Shown: piece by piece, positions 29,291 through 40,389 of the stretch | Numbering within the stretch: position 1 is the first letter of the stretch | Layout: each line of letters opens with the position of its first letter | From: an uncultured delta proteobacterium | Lineage (GTDB): Bacteria > Myxococcota_A > Polyangia > Polyangiales > Polyangiaceae | Direction of reading: 5' to 3' | Assembly (NCBI GenBank): GCA_963782055.1 | Contig: CAWAIF010000003.1 | Span: 4,768,001-4,832,000, forward strand | Length of the DNA stretch: 64,000 nucleotides | The notes under the pieces: generated by a model | What the model was told of the DNA's origin: nothing | What the model saw: only the letters and a program-made list of their open reading frames with translations | The model's database searches: none | Made by a program: the position numbers and the translations under genes

Positions 29291-29329
29291 TCGACCCTCT
29301 CCGGCAGCCGGTCGGGCTGCCGAACCCCC

Positions 29330-30579
29330 ATGGCCATGGAACGCGTCGTCATCACCGGCATCGGGCTCGTCACTCCGGTCGCGACCGGAACGATGGAGTC
29401 GTGGCGGGCGCTTCTCGCCGGGCAGAGCGGCGTGGCGCCCATCACCCTCTTCGACACCACCGACTTCCGCGTCCGCATCGCGGGAGAGGTGAAGAACTGG
29501 GACCCCCTCCAGTTCATGGAGAAGAAGAAGCTCAAGGAGATGGACCGCTTCGCGCAGTTCGCGGTGGGCGCAGCCTACAACGCGATCCGCGACGCCCAGC
29601 TCGAGCTCGCCGACGAGGAGCGCGACGAGGCCGGCTGCTTCATCGGCGTCGGCCTGGGCGGCCTGCAGACACTCGAGCGCGCCAAGCAGACGCTGCTCGA
29701 GAAGGGCCCGCAGCGCATCAGCCCGTACAGCATCCCCGGCATCATCGCCAACATGGCGGCCGGTCAGGTGTCGATGGCCCACGGCCTGCGCGGCCCCTCG
29801 TACTGCACCACGAGCGCGTGCTCCAGCGGCGCCCACGCCCTCGGCGAGGCGACGGAGTGGATCCGCCGCGGCCGCTGCCAGGTGATGGTCGCGGGCGGTG
29901 CGGAGGCGACCGTCTCACCCGTCGGCATCGGCAGCTTCGAGGCGATGATGGCGCTCTCCCGCCGGAACGACGACCCCACCCGCGCCAGCCGGCCGTGGGA
30001 CAAGGGGCGCGACGGCTTCGTGTGCGGCGAGGGCTCCGGCGTGCTGGTGCTGGAGTCGCTCACCCGCGCGAAGAAGCGCGGCGCGCGCATCTACGCCGAG
30101 ATCACCGGCTACGGCGCGTCGAGCGACGCCTACCACCTCACGCAGCCCGCCCCCAACGGCGAGGGCGCGCAGCGATCCATGCGCATGGCCCTGAAGGACG
30201 CCGGCGTGGCGACGGACCAGGTCGACTACATCAACGCGCACGGCACCTCCACCCCGGTGGGCGACGTCGAGGAGTCCCGCGCGATCGAGGCGGTCTTCGG
30301 CGACCACGCGCGCAGCAAGAAGCTCTGGATCAGCTCCACCAAGTCGATGATGGGCCACCTCCTCGGCGCGGCGGGCGCGGTGGAGAGCGCGATCTGCGCC
30401 CTCACCATCGCCGAGGGCAAGATCCCCCCACCATCAACCTGGAAGAGCCCGACCCGGCCTGCGTGCTCGACTACGTCCCCAACGTCGCGCGCGAGCGGCA
30501 CGTCACCCACGCCCTCAACAACTCCTTCGGCTTCGGCGGGACCAACTGCAGCCTCGTGCTGTCGCGCTTCGAGGGCTAG
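29330..30579 (+). CDS. fabF: Beta-ketoacyl-ACP synthase II, with a 1-nt deletion in a C6 run at 30424-30429 (probable sequencing error)
   Basis: N-terminal part in ORF 29330.. ([20 protein letters not shown]); the C-terminus PPTINL...NSFGFGGTN continues in the frame ending at 30579. Confidence 0.92.
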
Positions 30580-30592
30580 GTCGGTCCTCGCC

Positions 30593-31092
30593 GTGCGGTG
30601 CCCGTTCTGCTCCCACATGGAGAGCAAGGTCATCGACTCGCGGCTCTCGACGCCGGGGGACGTCACCCGCCGGCGGCGCGAGTGCGAGCGCTGCGCCCGC
30701 CGCTTCACCACCTACGAGCGCGTGGAGGACGTGCTGCCGCTGGTGGCCAAGAAGGACATGCGCCGCGAGCCCTACGACCGGCAGAAGCTCCTCGCCGGCG
30801 TCCGCAAGGCCTGCGACAAGCGCGCGGTGCCACAGGAGAAGCTGGAGGAGCTGCTCGACGGCATCGAGCGCGAGCTCGCCGAGACGGGAGAGCGCGAGGT
30901 GAGCTCGCTCGACCTCGGCGAGAAGGTGATGCTGCGCCTGCGCGACCTGGACGAGGTGGCGTACGTGCGCTTCGCCAGCGTCTACCGCTCCTTCCGCGAC
31001 ATCGCCGAGTTCCAGGCCGAGCTGGATCGCATCGCCCAGCAGAAGCGCGAGGAGAGCGACCGGCCGCCGCCCTCGCCGGAAGGGGGCGGGCG

Positions 31093-31096
<4 letters not shown>
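30593..31096 (+). CDS. nrdR: Transcriptional repressor NrdR
   Basis: (V/M)[28 protein letters not shown] cone, [11 protein letters not shown]. Confidence 0.96.
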
Positions 31097-32241
<1,145 letters not shown>

Positions 32242-32302
32242 TCGCGCGGGCGCGAGGGGGCCTGGCGGCAGGGCCGCGACGGCATTAGGATGGAGAGCGA
32301 GC

Positions 32303-32818
32303 ATGATTCGCACCATCCTCCACTACCCCCACCCTCGCCTGCGCGACGTGGGCGCCAAGGTCGAGGCGGTCACGCCCGACGTCCAGGCCCTCGTCGACGA
32401 CATGGCGGAGACGATGTACGCGGCCCCGGGCGTGGGCCTCGCCGCCACGCAGATCGGGGTGGCCCTGCAGGTCTTCGTCGTGGACTGCGCCGAGGCGGAC
32501 GCCCCGAGCGATCTACGCGTCTTCATCAACCCGGAGATCCTCGAGCGCCACGACACCATCACCTGGAGCGAGGGCTGCCTCAGCTTTCCCGGGGTAAACG
32601 AGGACATCGAGCGCGCCGCCCGCGTGCGCGTGCGCGCGCAGGATCGCTCCGGCAGGACGTTCGAGCTGGAGGCGGAGGACCTGCTCGCGGTGGCGATCCA
32701 GCACGAGTACGATCACCTCCAGGGCGTGCTGATGATCGATCACATGGGCCCGCTCAAGAAGCGCATCGTGCACCGCAAGATGCAGAAGCGCGAAGCGGGT
32801 CACGCCTCGGCGGAGTGA
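32303..32818 (+). CDS. def: Peptide deformylase
   Basis: GVGLAATQ, EGCLS and QHEYDHL motifs. Confidence 0.96.
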   Translation: MIRTILHYPHPRLRDVGAKVEAVTPDVQALVDDMAETMYAAPGVGLAATQIGVALQVFVVDCAEADAPSDLRVFINPEILERHDTITWSEGCLSFPGVNEDIERAARVRVRAQDRSGRTFELEAEDLLAVAIQHEYDHLQGVLMIDHMGPLKKRIVHRKMQKREAGHASAE

Positions 32819-32845
32819 GCGAGCCGGCCGCCGCGGCCGGCCGGT

Positions 32846-35062
32846 TCAGCGCGCCTTCTTGAAGAGGTTGGTGTCCACGCGCACGCCGCGCGCGGCGAAC
32901 TCGTTGAGGATGCGCGGCACCACGCCGGTGGCCAGGTGGCCCTCGGCGCCGTCGGAGGCGACGAACACGTCGCGCGAGACGATGCCCTTGGCGTCGGCGC
33001 CGCCCAGCTCGGCGATGCGCACCACGCGGTAGCGCCCGTCGGGGAGCAGGTGCACCTCGACGGCGACGTCGAAGGCCTCACCCACCAGCTCGCGCGCCGC
33101 CTCGGCGGAGAGGCCCGGGCGGGCGAGCAGCAGCTGCCCGCACAGGCGCGAGACCGCCTGCCGGAGCGACGGCGCCGACACCGCGCCGAGCACACCCTCG
33201 GTGCCCTCGGCGATGGCCTCCAGCGTCGCCGCCACGAAGGGACCGGCGAGCGCGCCGACGATGAGCCGGTCCGGCCGGATGCGCGCGGCGGAGCGGACGG
33301 TTCCCTCCGCGCTGGACTGCGCCGCCACCGAGAGGCGGAGCACCTGCGCGTGCGAGATCCCGAAGTCCTCCTCGTCCTGGAGCACGGCGACGCGATCCCC
33401 CGGGGCGCCGCTCGAGGCGAGCGCGCCGAGGAAGGTCGTCGCGGCCACGCCGCTCGAGGCCGACACCAGCAGGTTGGCGCGCGCCTGCAGGCAGCCCTCC
33501 AGGAAGGTCGCCATCGCGCGCGACATGGCACCGAGGCGCACGAAGTCCTCGAGCGACATCTCCACCTTGCGGCGCTTGCGGATGACGAGCGCGTTCGCCG
33601 CCGAGGCCGGCGGGCGGAACGCCATCATGTGCGCGCCACGCGGCAGACGCCTGTCGACGAAGGTCTCGCCCTCGCGCACCGGGTGGCCCGATTGCGCGGC
33701 GAGGCGGAGGATGGCCGTACCGAGCGCGTCGTCGCTCGTGTAGGCGACGTCGGCGAGCGCCACGTTGCCGGCGCGCACGACCATGACCTGGTCGTGCCGC
33801 AGGCAGTGAATCTCGCTGACCTCGTCGTCCTCGAGCAGCGCGCCGGCGGCGCCCGCGCCGAGGAGCTCGCGCACGGCGTCGGCGCGGACTGCGTCGATGT
33901 CGACGCCGTCGGGCACCTCGCCCTCCGACTTCATCGCGGCAGCCTGCGCCGCCGCCGCCTTCTCCACCTTGGCCGTCCACGCGCCGTCCACCGTGGCGGA
34001 CTTCTTCAGGTCGGTGAGGTCCACCTCGTCGGCGATGAGGTCGATGAGCGATCCGAGGGCGAGCCTGCGCCCGGCCTGGGCTGGCGTCTCGCGCGGGGGG
34101 ATGCGCGACGGCGTCGAGCCCGGCTGCGAGGGTCGCGACGGCCGCGCGGCCCCCGCCCCGGTGTTGATGACCGGCGGGGCAGGCATCGACGGCGGGCGCG
34201 CCGGCGAGGGCGCCGGGCTCGTGTTCATGTTCATGGTGCCGCCGCCCACACGGCCCGCGCTGACCGAGGGCACGCGCGGCGGCGCGGGGACGCGCGCGGG
34301 CTCCGGCTCGTCGGGATCGCGCTCGAGCGGGTAGTGGCTCACCGCGTTGGGATCGGGCCGGCCGGTGGCCAAACCGGGATCGCTCCGCCGACCGCCGGGC
34401 AGCGGCGGCATGTTCGGCGGCATGGCGCCGCTGGACTTCATCGTGGTGTTCGGCACGGCTCCGGCAGCGGGCGCGGGCGGTACGGGCGCCGCCGGCGACG
34501 GCGGCGACGGAACGGGCTGCGCCGCGGCGATGGGCATCGGCACGGCCGGGGTGGGGGGCCGCGGCATCGGCGCCGGCGGCATGGGAGACATCCCCATCCC
34601 GGGGCTGGGCTGAGGCGGCAGTGGCGGCATCCCCGGCGGCATCGGCCCCGCCGGCGGCATCGGCCCCGCCGGCGGCATCGGCCCGGGCGGCCCCGTCAGT
34701 CCGGGCGGGCCGGGCGGCACGGCCATCTGCGGGGGCGCTGGCACGTTGCCGCCGCTCGCCTCGGCCGCGGCGCCGCCGAGGTCCAGCCGCAGGATGAAGT
34801 CGCCGATGTAGATCTTGTCGCCCTCGCGGACGATCGTCGCCTGCGCGATCTTGCGACCGTTGACGTAGGTGCCGTTGGTGCTCTTCAGGTCGGTGACGAT
34901 GAAGCGTCCGTCCCGGTAGAGCAGGCGAGCGTGGTGCTTCGAGACGTTGCCCTTGGGGAGCATCAGGTCGTTGCCCTGCACGCGGCCGACGTTGATCTCG
35001 TTCTTGTCGAACGTCTCCTTGCGTTCGGCTCCCCCCTTCTCACTGATGATGATCGAGAACAT
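32846..35062 (-). CDS. FHA domain + Pro-rich linker + CpaF/TadA-like ATPase domain with degenerate Walker motifs
   Basis: FHA (VGR...VSKHH...STNGTYVNG); EDDEVSEI, VDRRLP, IRK and RIRPDRLIVG; Walker A reads SASSGVAATT. Confidence 0.82.
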   Translation of the reverse strand: MFSIIISEKGGAERKETFDKNEINVGRVQGNDLMLPKGNVSKHHARLLYRDGRFIVTDLKSTNGTYVNGRKIAQATIVREGDKIYIGDFILRLDLGGAAAEASGGNVPAPPQMAVPPGPPGLTGPPGPMPPAGPMPPAGPMPPGMPPLPPQPSPGMGMSPMPPAPMPRPPTPAVPMPIAAAQPVPSPPSPAAPVPPAPAAGAVPNTTMKSSGAMPPNMPPLPGGRRSDPGLATGRPDPNAVSHYPLERDPDEPEPARVPAPPRVPSVSAGRVGGGTMNMNTSPAPSPARPPSMPAPPVINTGAGAARPSRPSQPGSTPSRIPPRETPAQAGRRLALGSLIDLIADEVDLTDLKKSATVDGAWTAKVEKAAAAQAAAMKSEGEVPDGVDIDAVRADAVRELLGAGAAGALLEDDEVSEIHCLRHDQVMVVRAGNVALADVAYTSDDALGTAILRLAAQSGHPVREGETFVDRRLPRGAHMMAFRPPASAANALVIRKRRKVEMSLEDFVRLGAMSRAMATFLEGCLQARANLLVSASSGVAATTFLGALASSGAPGDRVAVLQDEEDFGISHAQVLRLSVAAQSSAEGTVRSAARIRPDRLIVGALAGPFVAATLEAIAEGTEGVLGAVSAPSLRQAVSRLCGQLLLARPGLSAEAARELVGEAFDVAVEVHLLPDGRYRVVRIAELGGADAKGIVSRDVFVASDGAEGHLATGVVPRILNEFAARGVRVDTNLFKKAR

Positions 35063-35166
35063 TCGCCCCTCGAGGCAGGGTCAACGTCTGGGTCCGAAGC
35101 GTACCGGACGGCCGCGCAGGACCTGCGCGGCGAGCCACCCGCGCACCGTGCGCGTTACCACGGCGG

Positions 35167-35196
35167 ATTGTCGGAGCTTTTGCTCGCAAGTGTCAA
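35167..35196 (-). promoter_or_regulatory. Putative sigma70 promoter for the FHA-ATPase gene
   Basis: Minus strand TTGACA-N18-GACAAT about 105 nt upstream of the start. Confidence 0.55.
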
Positions 35197-35317
35197 CTTG
35201 AGAGCGAGGGAGGCCCCCCGACGGCCGTTGCAGCGCCACCACCACGGCCATTTCGCGAGCTTCCGCGTCCTCGGCCCGGCTGCGGCGCCGCTCGAGTTCC
35301 CGCCGCGCGACGCGGCG

Positions 35318-35500
35318 TCAGGGCTTGGCGCGCTTGCCCTTGACCTCGGACGTCACCATCCCGAGCAGCTCGCTCGCCAGCGCGACCACGTGCTCCTCGG
35401 TGTAGCCGTTCGCCCGGAGCTCCCGGTAGATGCTCTTGGCGAGGATGCCCAGCGTACGGGGATCACGGCTGGGGGGGGCGGCGTCGATCGGAAGAGCCAT
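35318..35500 (-). CDS. Small (60 aa) helical hypothetical protein
   Basis: RBS GAGG, ATG 35500, amphipathic 'ILAKSIYRELRANGYTEEHVVALASELL'; host-like codon usage. Confidence 0.65.
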   Translation of the reverse strand: MALPIDAAPPSRDPRTLGILAKSIYRELRANGYTEEHVVALASELLGMVTSEVKGKRAKP

Positions 35501-35729
35501 GGCACCTCGGGGGTCGCGGAGAGCCGCGACGGACCGTGAGCAATCAAGCGCCATGCCATACGGATGATCAGGGAAATGCTGCCTCCCGCGGGCCTCACGT
35601 GCGAAGGAGCGTGCTCGCCCCGGGCGTTTCCGCGCGAACCGTGGTTCGCATACACCGCAACCCTGAGCGGGCTCCTCCGGCGGCCTCCGGCCGGCCGCGC
35701 GCCCGGCGGCGTGTTACCGTGCGCGGCCC

Positions 35730-37094
35730 ATGAGCTCCTGGCTCGAAAAGGGCTCCCGACGTCGGCGCCTGCTCATCGCCTTCGGGATCTACGTCGTGGT
35801 GGTGGCGGTGATGGCCATCGTCGCCGGCTCCGAGCGGCTGACGACCCACACCGCCTTCGACCACTACGCCTTGCTCGCCGATGCCTGGCTGCACGGCCGG
35901 CAGGACCTGGCGAACGGCCCGCCCGGCTACGCCGCGGGGAACGACTTCGCCCTGTTCGAGGGCCACTGGTACATCAGCTTCCCGCCCTTCCCGGCGATGC
36001 TGATGCTGCCCTTCGTGAAGCTCGCGGGGAGCGCGCAGAACTTCCAGGACGGGCAGTTCATCGTGTGGCTCTCCGGCATCGGGCCCGCGGTGCTCTTCCT
36101 GGTGCTGGAGAAGCTGCGGCGCGCCGAGCGCTCCGCGCGCACCGAGGCGCAGAACGCTGCGCTCGCGCTGCTCTTCGCCTTCGGCACGGTCTACTTCTTC
36201 ACCGCGGTGCAGGGCACCGTCTGGTACGCGGCGCACGTCGTCGGCGTCGGGCTGATGTGCATCTACCTGCTCTACGCGCTGGACGCCGAGAACGCGTGGG
36301 CCGCGGGCTCCATGGCGGGGCTCATGTTCCTCACGCGCCCGCACACCCTGCTGGTGGGCGCGCTCTTCGTGCTGGAGCTCGCGCGCGTCACGGCGAAGGA
36401 CGGCCTCGCGACCGAGGGCTCCCTGCTCGACCGCATCGAGAAGACGTGGATGCGCGTCGACAAGGCCGCCTTCTTCCGGCGGGCCGGCGCCTTCGCGGTG
36501 CCGGTGGCGATCGCCCTCGGCGTCGCGTCGTGGATGAACTACACGCGCTTCCACAACGCGAGCCCGGCGGCGTTCGGCCACGAGCACCTCACGGTGCAGT
36601 GGCACGGGCGCATGCAGAAGTGGGGGCTGTTCGGCTACCACTACCTCGCCAAGAACCTGGGCGTGGTGCTCACCAGCCTCCCCTACCGGCCGCCGCACGG
36701 GCAGCTGGGGCAGGGCATGCCCGCCGTGCAGATCAACGAGCACGGCCTCGCGCTCTGGTTCACCACCCCGCTCTACATCTGGCTGCTCTGGCCGAAGCGG
36801 AAGGGCTTCCTCCACGCGGCGCTCTGGCTGGCCGCGCTGGGCCCCATCCTCTTCGACCTGCTCTACCAGAACAGCGGGTGGCGGCAGTTCGGCTACCGCT
36901 TCTCCAACGACTACGCGCCGATCCTCTTCGTGCTGCTCGCCATCGGCGGCCGCCCCTTCGGCTGGATGTTCCGGACCGCCGCCGCGTGGGCCCTCGCGTG
37001 GAACCTCTTCGGCGCCGTCACCTTCAACCGCGCCAACTTCGACCGGTTCTACTGGCGTGAGTCCACGCAGCGGGTCCTTTACCAGGACGACTAG
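35730..37094 (+). CDS. Polytopic membrane protein, possibly a GT-C fold glycosyltransferase
   Basis: Multiple TM segments; NDFALFEG.WY..FPP.PA, TRP and QFGYRFSNDY motifs. Confidence 0.7.
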   Translation: MSSWLEKGSRRRRLLIAFGIYVVVVAVMAIVAGSERLTTHTAFDHYALLADAWLHGRQDLANGPPGYAAGNDFALFEGHWYISFPPFPAMLMLPFVKLAGSAQNFQDGQFIVWLSGIGPAVLFLVLEKLRRAERSARTEAQNAALALLFAFGTVYFFTAVQGTVWYAAHVVGVGLMCIYLLYALDAENAWAAGSMAGLMFLTRPHTLLVGALFVLELARVTAKDGLATEGSLLDRIEKTWMRVDKAAFFRRAGAFAVPVAIALGVASWMNYTRFHNASPAAFGHEHLTVQWHGRMQKWGLFGYHYLAKNLGVVLTSLPYRPPHGQLGQGMPAVQINEHGLALWFTTPLYIWLLWPKRKGFLHAALWLAALGPILFDLLYQNSGWRQFGYRFSNDYAPILFVLLAIGGRPFGWMFRTAAAWALAWNLFGAVTFNRANFDRFYWRESTQRVLYQDD

Positions 37095-37104
37095 GAGCCT
37101 CGCC

Positions 37105-37653
37105 ATGATCAAGCCCACGCTCGGAATGATTGCAGTCTGCATGCTTTGTTCCTGCAAGGGGTCGAGCGCACCGCCGGAGCCGCCGCCGGGCAAGACGGCC
37201 GCCACGATCACGGTCACCACCGCCTCCTTCCCCGCGGGCGGCGCCATCCCGGCGGAGTTCACCTGCGACGGGACGGACGTGTCGCCCGCGCTCGCGTGGA
37301 GCGGGGCGCCGGCGGCGGCCAGGTCGATCGCCGTGGTGGTGGACGACCCCGACGCGCCCGGCGGCACCTTCACCCACTGGATCGCGTGGAACGCGCGCGC
37401 CGACACGACCGCGCTGGCGCAGGGCGCGGCCATCACCACCCTGGGCGGCGTGTCCGGCCAGAACGACTTCGACAAGACCGGGTACTCGGGCCCCTGCCCG
37501 CCGAAGGGCCAGCTCCACCACTACCACTTCCGCGTCTACGCGCTGGACACGACCGTGACGCTCGGCCCCGGTGCCAGGCGCGGCGACCTCGACCACGCGC
37601 TCAACGGGCACGTCCTCGCGCAGGGGGAGCTCATCGGCACCTTCCGCCATTGA
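37105..37653 (+). CDS. YbhB/YbcL (PEBP/RKIP-like) lipoprotein
   Basis: TCDG.DVSP.L.W, DDPDAP, FTHW, GPCPP and HHY.F.VYALD; lipobox LCSC. Confidence 0.92.
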   Translation: MIKPTLGMIAVCMLCSCKGSSAPPEPPPGKTAATITVTTASFPAGGAIPAEFTCDGTDVSPALAWSGAPAAARSIAVVVDDPDAPGGTFTHWIAWNARADTTALAQGAAITTLGGVSGQNDFDKTGYSGPCPPKGQLHHYHFRVYALDTTVTLGPGARRGDLDHALNGHVLAQGELIGTFRH

Positions 37654-37698
37654 GCGGATGGTTTGAAAGGCCGGCGTTCTTTGGGTAGAAGCCCTCCC

Positions 37699-38472
37699 AT
37701 GCGCCGCGCCTCCCTCCTCGTCCTCCCGATGCTCGTCCTCGCCTTCGCCGCGTGCCGGTCGGAGTCTCCGCCGGAGCCGGACGCCGTGCACGCCGACCCT
37801 GCCGCCGCCAAGGCCGTCGGCACCGCGGTCGCCGCCAAGCAAGGCGCCGCCGTCGGCCCGACACGCATGCAAGTGGCGCAGGTCCCGGTGTCTCCGGACG
37901 ACCCCGTCCACGGCCAGTTCAATCTCGCCGACGCCGAGAAGGGGCTCAAGGGCAACGGAGACCTGAGCGCCACCATCGAGACCTCGCACGGGACGCTGAC
38001 GTGCAAGCTCTTCGCGGACAAGGCGCCCATCACCGTCGCCAACTTCGTCGGGCTCGCGCGCGGCACGCGCCCCTGGAAGGACCCCGCGAACGGCCAGTGG
38101 GTGACGCGCCCCGCCTACGACGGCACCACCTTCCACCGCATCATCAAGGGCTTCATGATCCAGGGCGGCGACCCGAAGGGCGACGGCTCGGGCGAGCCCG
38201 GCTACGTCATCCCCGACGAGATCTGGCCCGGCGCGACGCACGACCACGCCGGCGAGCTCTGCATGGCCAACCGCGGGCCCAACACCAACGGCGCGCAGTT
38301 CTTCATCACCGACGCCGCCGCGCCGCACCTGGACAAGGGCTACACCATCCTGGGCGAGTGCGGCCCGGTGGCGGCGATCCACATGATCGCCAGCGTCGCC
38401 ACGGGCCCGGGGGACAAGCCCGTCACGCCGGTGGAGATCCGCCACGTCACCATCACCCGCGGCGGGAAGTGA
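37699..38472 (+). CDS. Cyclophilin-type peptidyl-prolyl isomerase (lipoprotein)
   Basis: APITVANF, FHRIIKGFMIQGGDP, MANRGPNTNGAQFFIT. Confidence 0.94.
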   Translation: MRRASLLVLPMLVLAFAACRSESPPEPDAVHADPAAAKAVGTAVAAKQGAAVGPTRMQVAQVPVSPDDPVHGQFNLADAEKGLKGNGDLSATIETSHGTLTCKLFADKAPITVANFVGLARGTRPWKDPANGQWVTRPAYDGTTFHRIIKGFMIQGGDPKGDGSGEPGYVIPDEIWPGATHDHAGELCMANRGPNTNGAQFFITDAAAPHLDKGYTILGECGPVAAIHMIASVATGPGDKPVTPVEIRHVTITRGGK

Positions 38473-38481
38473 TCGCGCCGC

Positions 38482-39108
38482 TCAGGGCGGCTTCGGCAGG
38501 ATGACCTTCTGCCCGGGCTTGACGCCGTGGCGGCGCGTCCAGCCGGCGTTGACCTCCAGCACGTAGCGCGAGGGGCAGCCGACGCTGCGCGTCTCGTCGT
38601 TGAGCGTGGGCGCGTTCTCCACCACGCCGACGATGGTGCCGTCCTCGTCGATGAAGAGCATGTCCAGCGGGATGCAGGTGTTGTGCATCCAGAAGGTGTG
38701 ATCGCTCCGGTCCTCGAGGAAAAAGAGCATGCCCCTCTCCTCCGCCATGTGCGTGCGGAACATGAGGCCGCGCTCCGTCTCCGCGGGGGTGCGCGCGAGC
38801 TCGGCGTCCACGGAGGCGCCGGTGTCGGGGAACTTCACGGGCATGACGGGCACGAAGGGCGGCCCTCCCTCGGGGTCTTTCGGACAGTGGGCGGCAGGCT
38901 TCGGCGCGGGCGAGGCGACCGGCGCCATCGGCACCACGCACGACGGCGTGGACGGCGCAGGGCCATGGGGCGAGGCGGCGGCGGCCGCGCCCGTCGCCGC
39001 GGGAAGCACGACCGCGCTCGCCGGCGGCGGTGGCGGCGGCTCGTCCGGCGCGCGGTTGCACCCGCAGAGCGCCAGCGAGCCCAACAGCAGCAGTCCGGCC
39101 CGACGCAT
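38482..39108 (-). CDS. DUF192 family lipoprotein
   Basis: ELART...RGLMFR, GMLF, FWMHNT.IPLDMLF and YVLEVNAG; lipobox LCGC. Confidence 0.9.
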   Translation of the reverse strand: MRRAGLLLLGSLALCGCNRAPDEPPPPPPASAVVLPAATGAAAAASPHGPAPSTPSCVVPMAPVASPAPKPAAHCPKDPEGGPPFVPVMPVKFPDTGASVDAELARTPAETERGLMFRTHMAEERGMLFFLEDRSDHTFWMHNTCIPLDMLFIDEDGTIVGVVENAPTLNDETRSVGCPSRYVLEVNAGWTRRHGVKPGQKVILPKPP

Positions 39109-39140
39109 GGCAGGGGCTTTAGCCGAAAACGCCGGGGGAC

Positions 39141-39201
39141 AAAAGTAGAACGGCATCGCGCGGAGGCCCGGGGGGGGAGAGCCATCCTGCGCGATGCCGA
39201 A
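39141..39201 (-). ncRNA. Candidate ~60-nt hairpin sRNA or leader with a C-rich loop and U-rich tail
   Basis: Perfect 11-bp stem CGGCATCGCGC/GCGCGATGCCG (39151-39161 with 39189-39199), loop UCUCCCCCCCCGG, followed by UUCUACUUUU on the minus strand. Confidence 0.4.
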
Positions 39202-39210
39202 CTTCCTCTT

Positions 39211-39227
39211 AGCGAGGACCGTGCCAA
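39211..39227 (-). promoter_or_regulatory. Putative sigma54 (-24/-12) promoter
   Basis: Minus strand TTGGCACGGTCCTCGCT versus consensus TGGCACG-N4-TTGCW (one mismatch, correct GG-N10-GC spacing). Confidence 0.6.
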
Positions 39228-39325
39228 TCCGAAGTGCTGGAAATCTGGTGCGTGTCGCCGCGTGGCGTTTCACCCCTGCAAGGGCGCAATTTCACGTTTG
39301 AACACCAGCACCACTTGCCCACAGG

Positions 39326-40255
39326 TTATGCCCGCAAGCTGCGGACGCCCGCCTGGTGCACTTTGCCCGGGAGCATTCGCCCCACGATGCTCTCGGCGGC
39401 CTTGCCCGCCTCCACCAGACGCTCCAGGTCGATGCCCGTCTGCACGCCCATGCCGTGGAGCATGTAGACGAGGTCTTCGGTGGCGACGTTGCCCGCGGCG
39501 CCCGGCGCGTAGGGGCACCCGCCCATCCCGCCCACCGACGCGTCGAAGTCGCGGATGCCCATCTCCAGCCCGACGAGGACGTTGGGCAGGGCGGTGCCGC
39601 GCGTGTCGTGCATGTGCATGGCCAGCTTGGGCGCGGGGATCTCCGCGAGCATCATCCCGATGATCCGGCGTGTCTGCAGGGGCGTACCGACGCCGATGGT
39701 GTCTCCCAGCGACACCTGGTAGCAGCCCATCTCCAGCAAGGTCCGGGCGATGGAGAGCGCGCGGCGCGGATCCACCTCGCCCTCGTACGGGCAGCCCCAG
39801 ACTGTCGACACGTAGCCCCGGACGCGCAGGCCCGCCTCCCGCGCCGGGCCGATGGTCGCCTTGAAGGCTTCCAGCGTCTCGGCGATGGTCTTGTTGACGT
39901 TCTTGCGGTTGTGCGTCTCGCTGGCGCTGAGAAAGACGGCGATCTCGCTCAGGCCGGCGGCGCGCGCGCGCTCGAGGCCACGCGCGTTGGGGACGAGCGC
40001 GGAGTAGACCACCTTGCTCGAGTGCGGGAGCCGCTGCGCCTCGCGCGCGACGTCGTCGGCGTCGGCGAGCTGGGGAATCCACTTGGGCGAGACGAAGCTG
40101 GTGATCTCAATCCGCTCCAGCCCCGCGGCGGTCAGCGCCTCGATGAGGCGGAGCTTGTCGCCCAGGGGCACGGTGACCTTCTCGTTCTGGAGGCCGTCGC
40201 GGGGGGAGACCTCGTAGATGGACACGCGGTCGGGCAAGGTCTCCAGGAAGGCCAT
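39326..40255 (-). CDS. Hydroxymethylglutaryl-CoA lyase
   Basis: EVSPRDGLQNE, SLGDTIGVG, HMHDTRG, GGCPYAPGAAGNVATED. Confidence 0.95.
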   Translation of the reverse strand: MAFLETLPDRVSIYEVSPRDGLQNEKVTVPLGDKLRLIEALTAAGLERIEITSFVSPKWIPQLADADDVAREAQRLPHSSKVVYSALVPNARGLERARAAGLSEIAVFLSASETHNRKNVNKTIAETLEAFKATIGPAREAGLRVRGYVSTVWGCPYEGEVDPRRALSIARTLLEMGCYQVSLGDTIGVGTPLQTRRIIGMMLAEIPAPKLAMHMHDTRGTALPNVLVGLEMGIRDFDASVGGMGGCPYAPGAAGNVATEDLVYMLHGMGVQTGIDLERLVEAGKAAESIVGRMLPGKVHQAGVRSLRA

Positions 40256-40389
40256 GAGCACAGGGTTCGCTCTCGGGCCTGGCCCGTCAACCCCGTCGCC
40301 GGCCGCACCATGCCGGGCTCTGCCGAGCCCTTCGCGACCAACACACCCAAATGTTTTCGCCGCGGCCCGCTCGCCGTATCCTACAGGTC

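Noticed and set aside
34630..34690. 18-nt tandem repeats (ccggcggcatcggccccg)
   Set aside because: They encode the GPMPPA repeats of the Pro-rich linker in the FHA-ATPase; not an independent element
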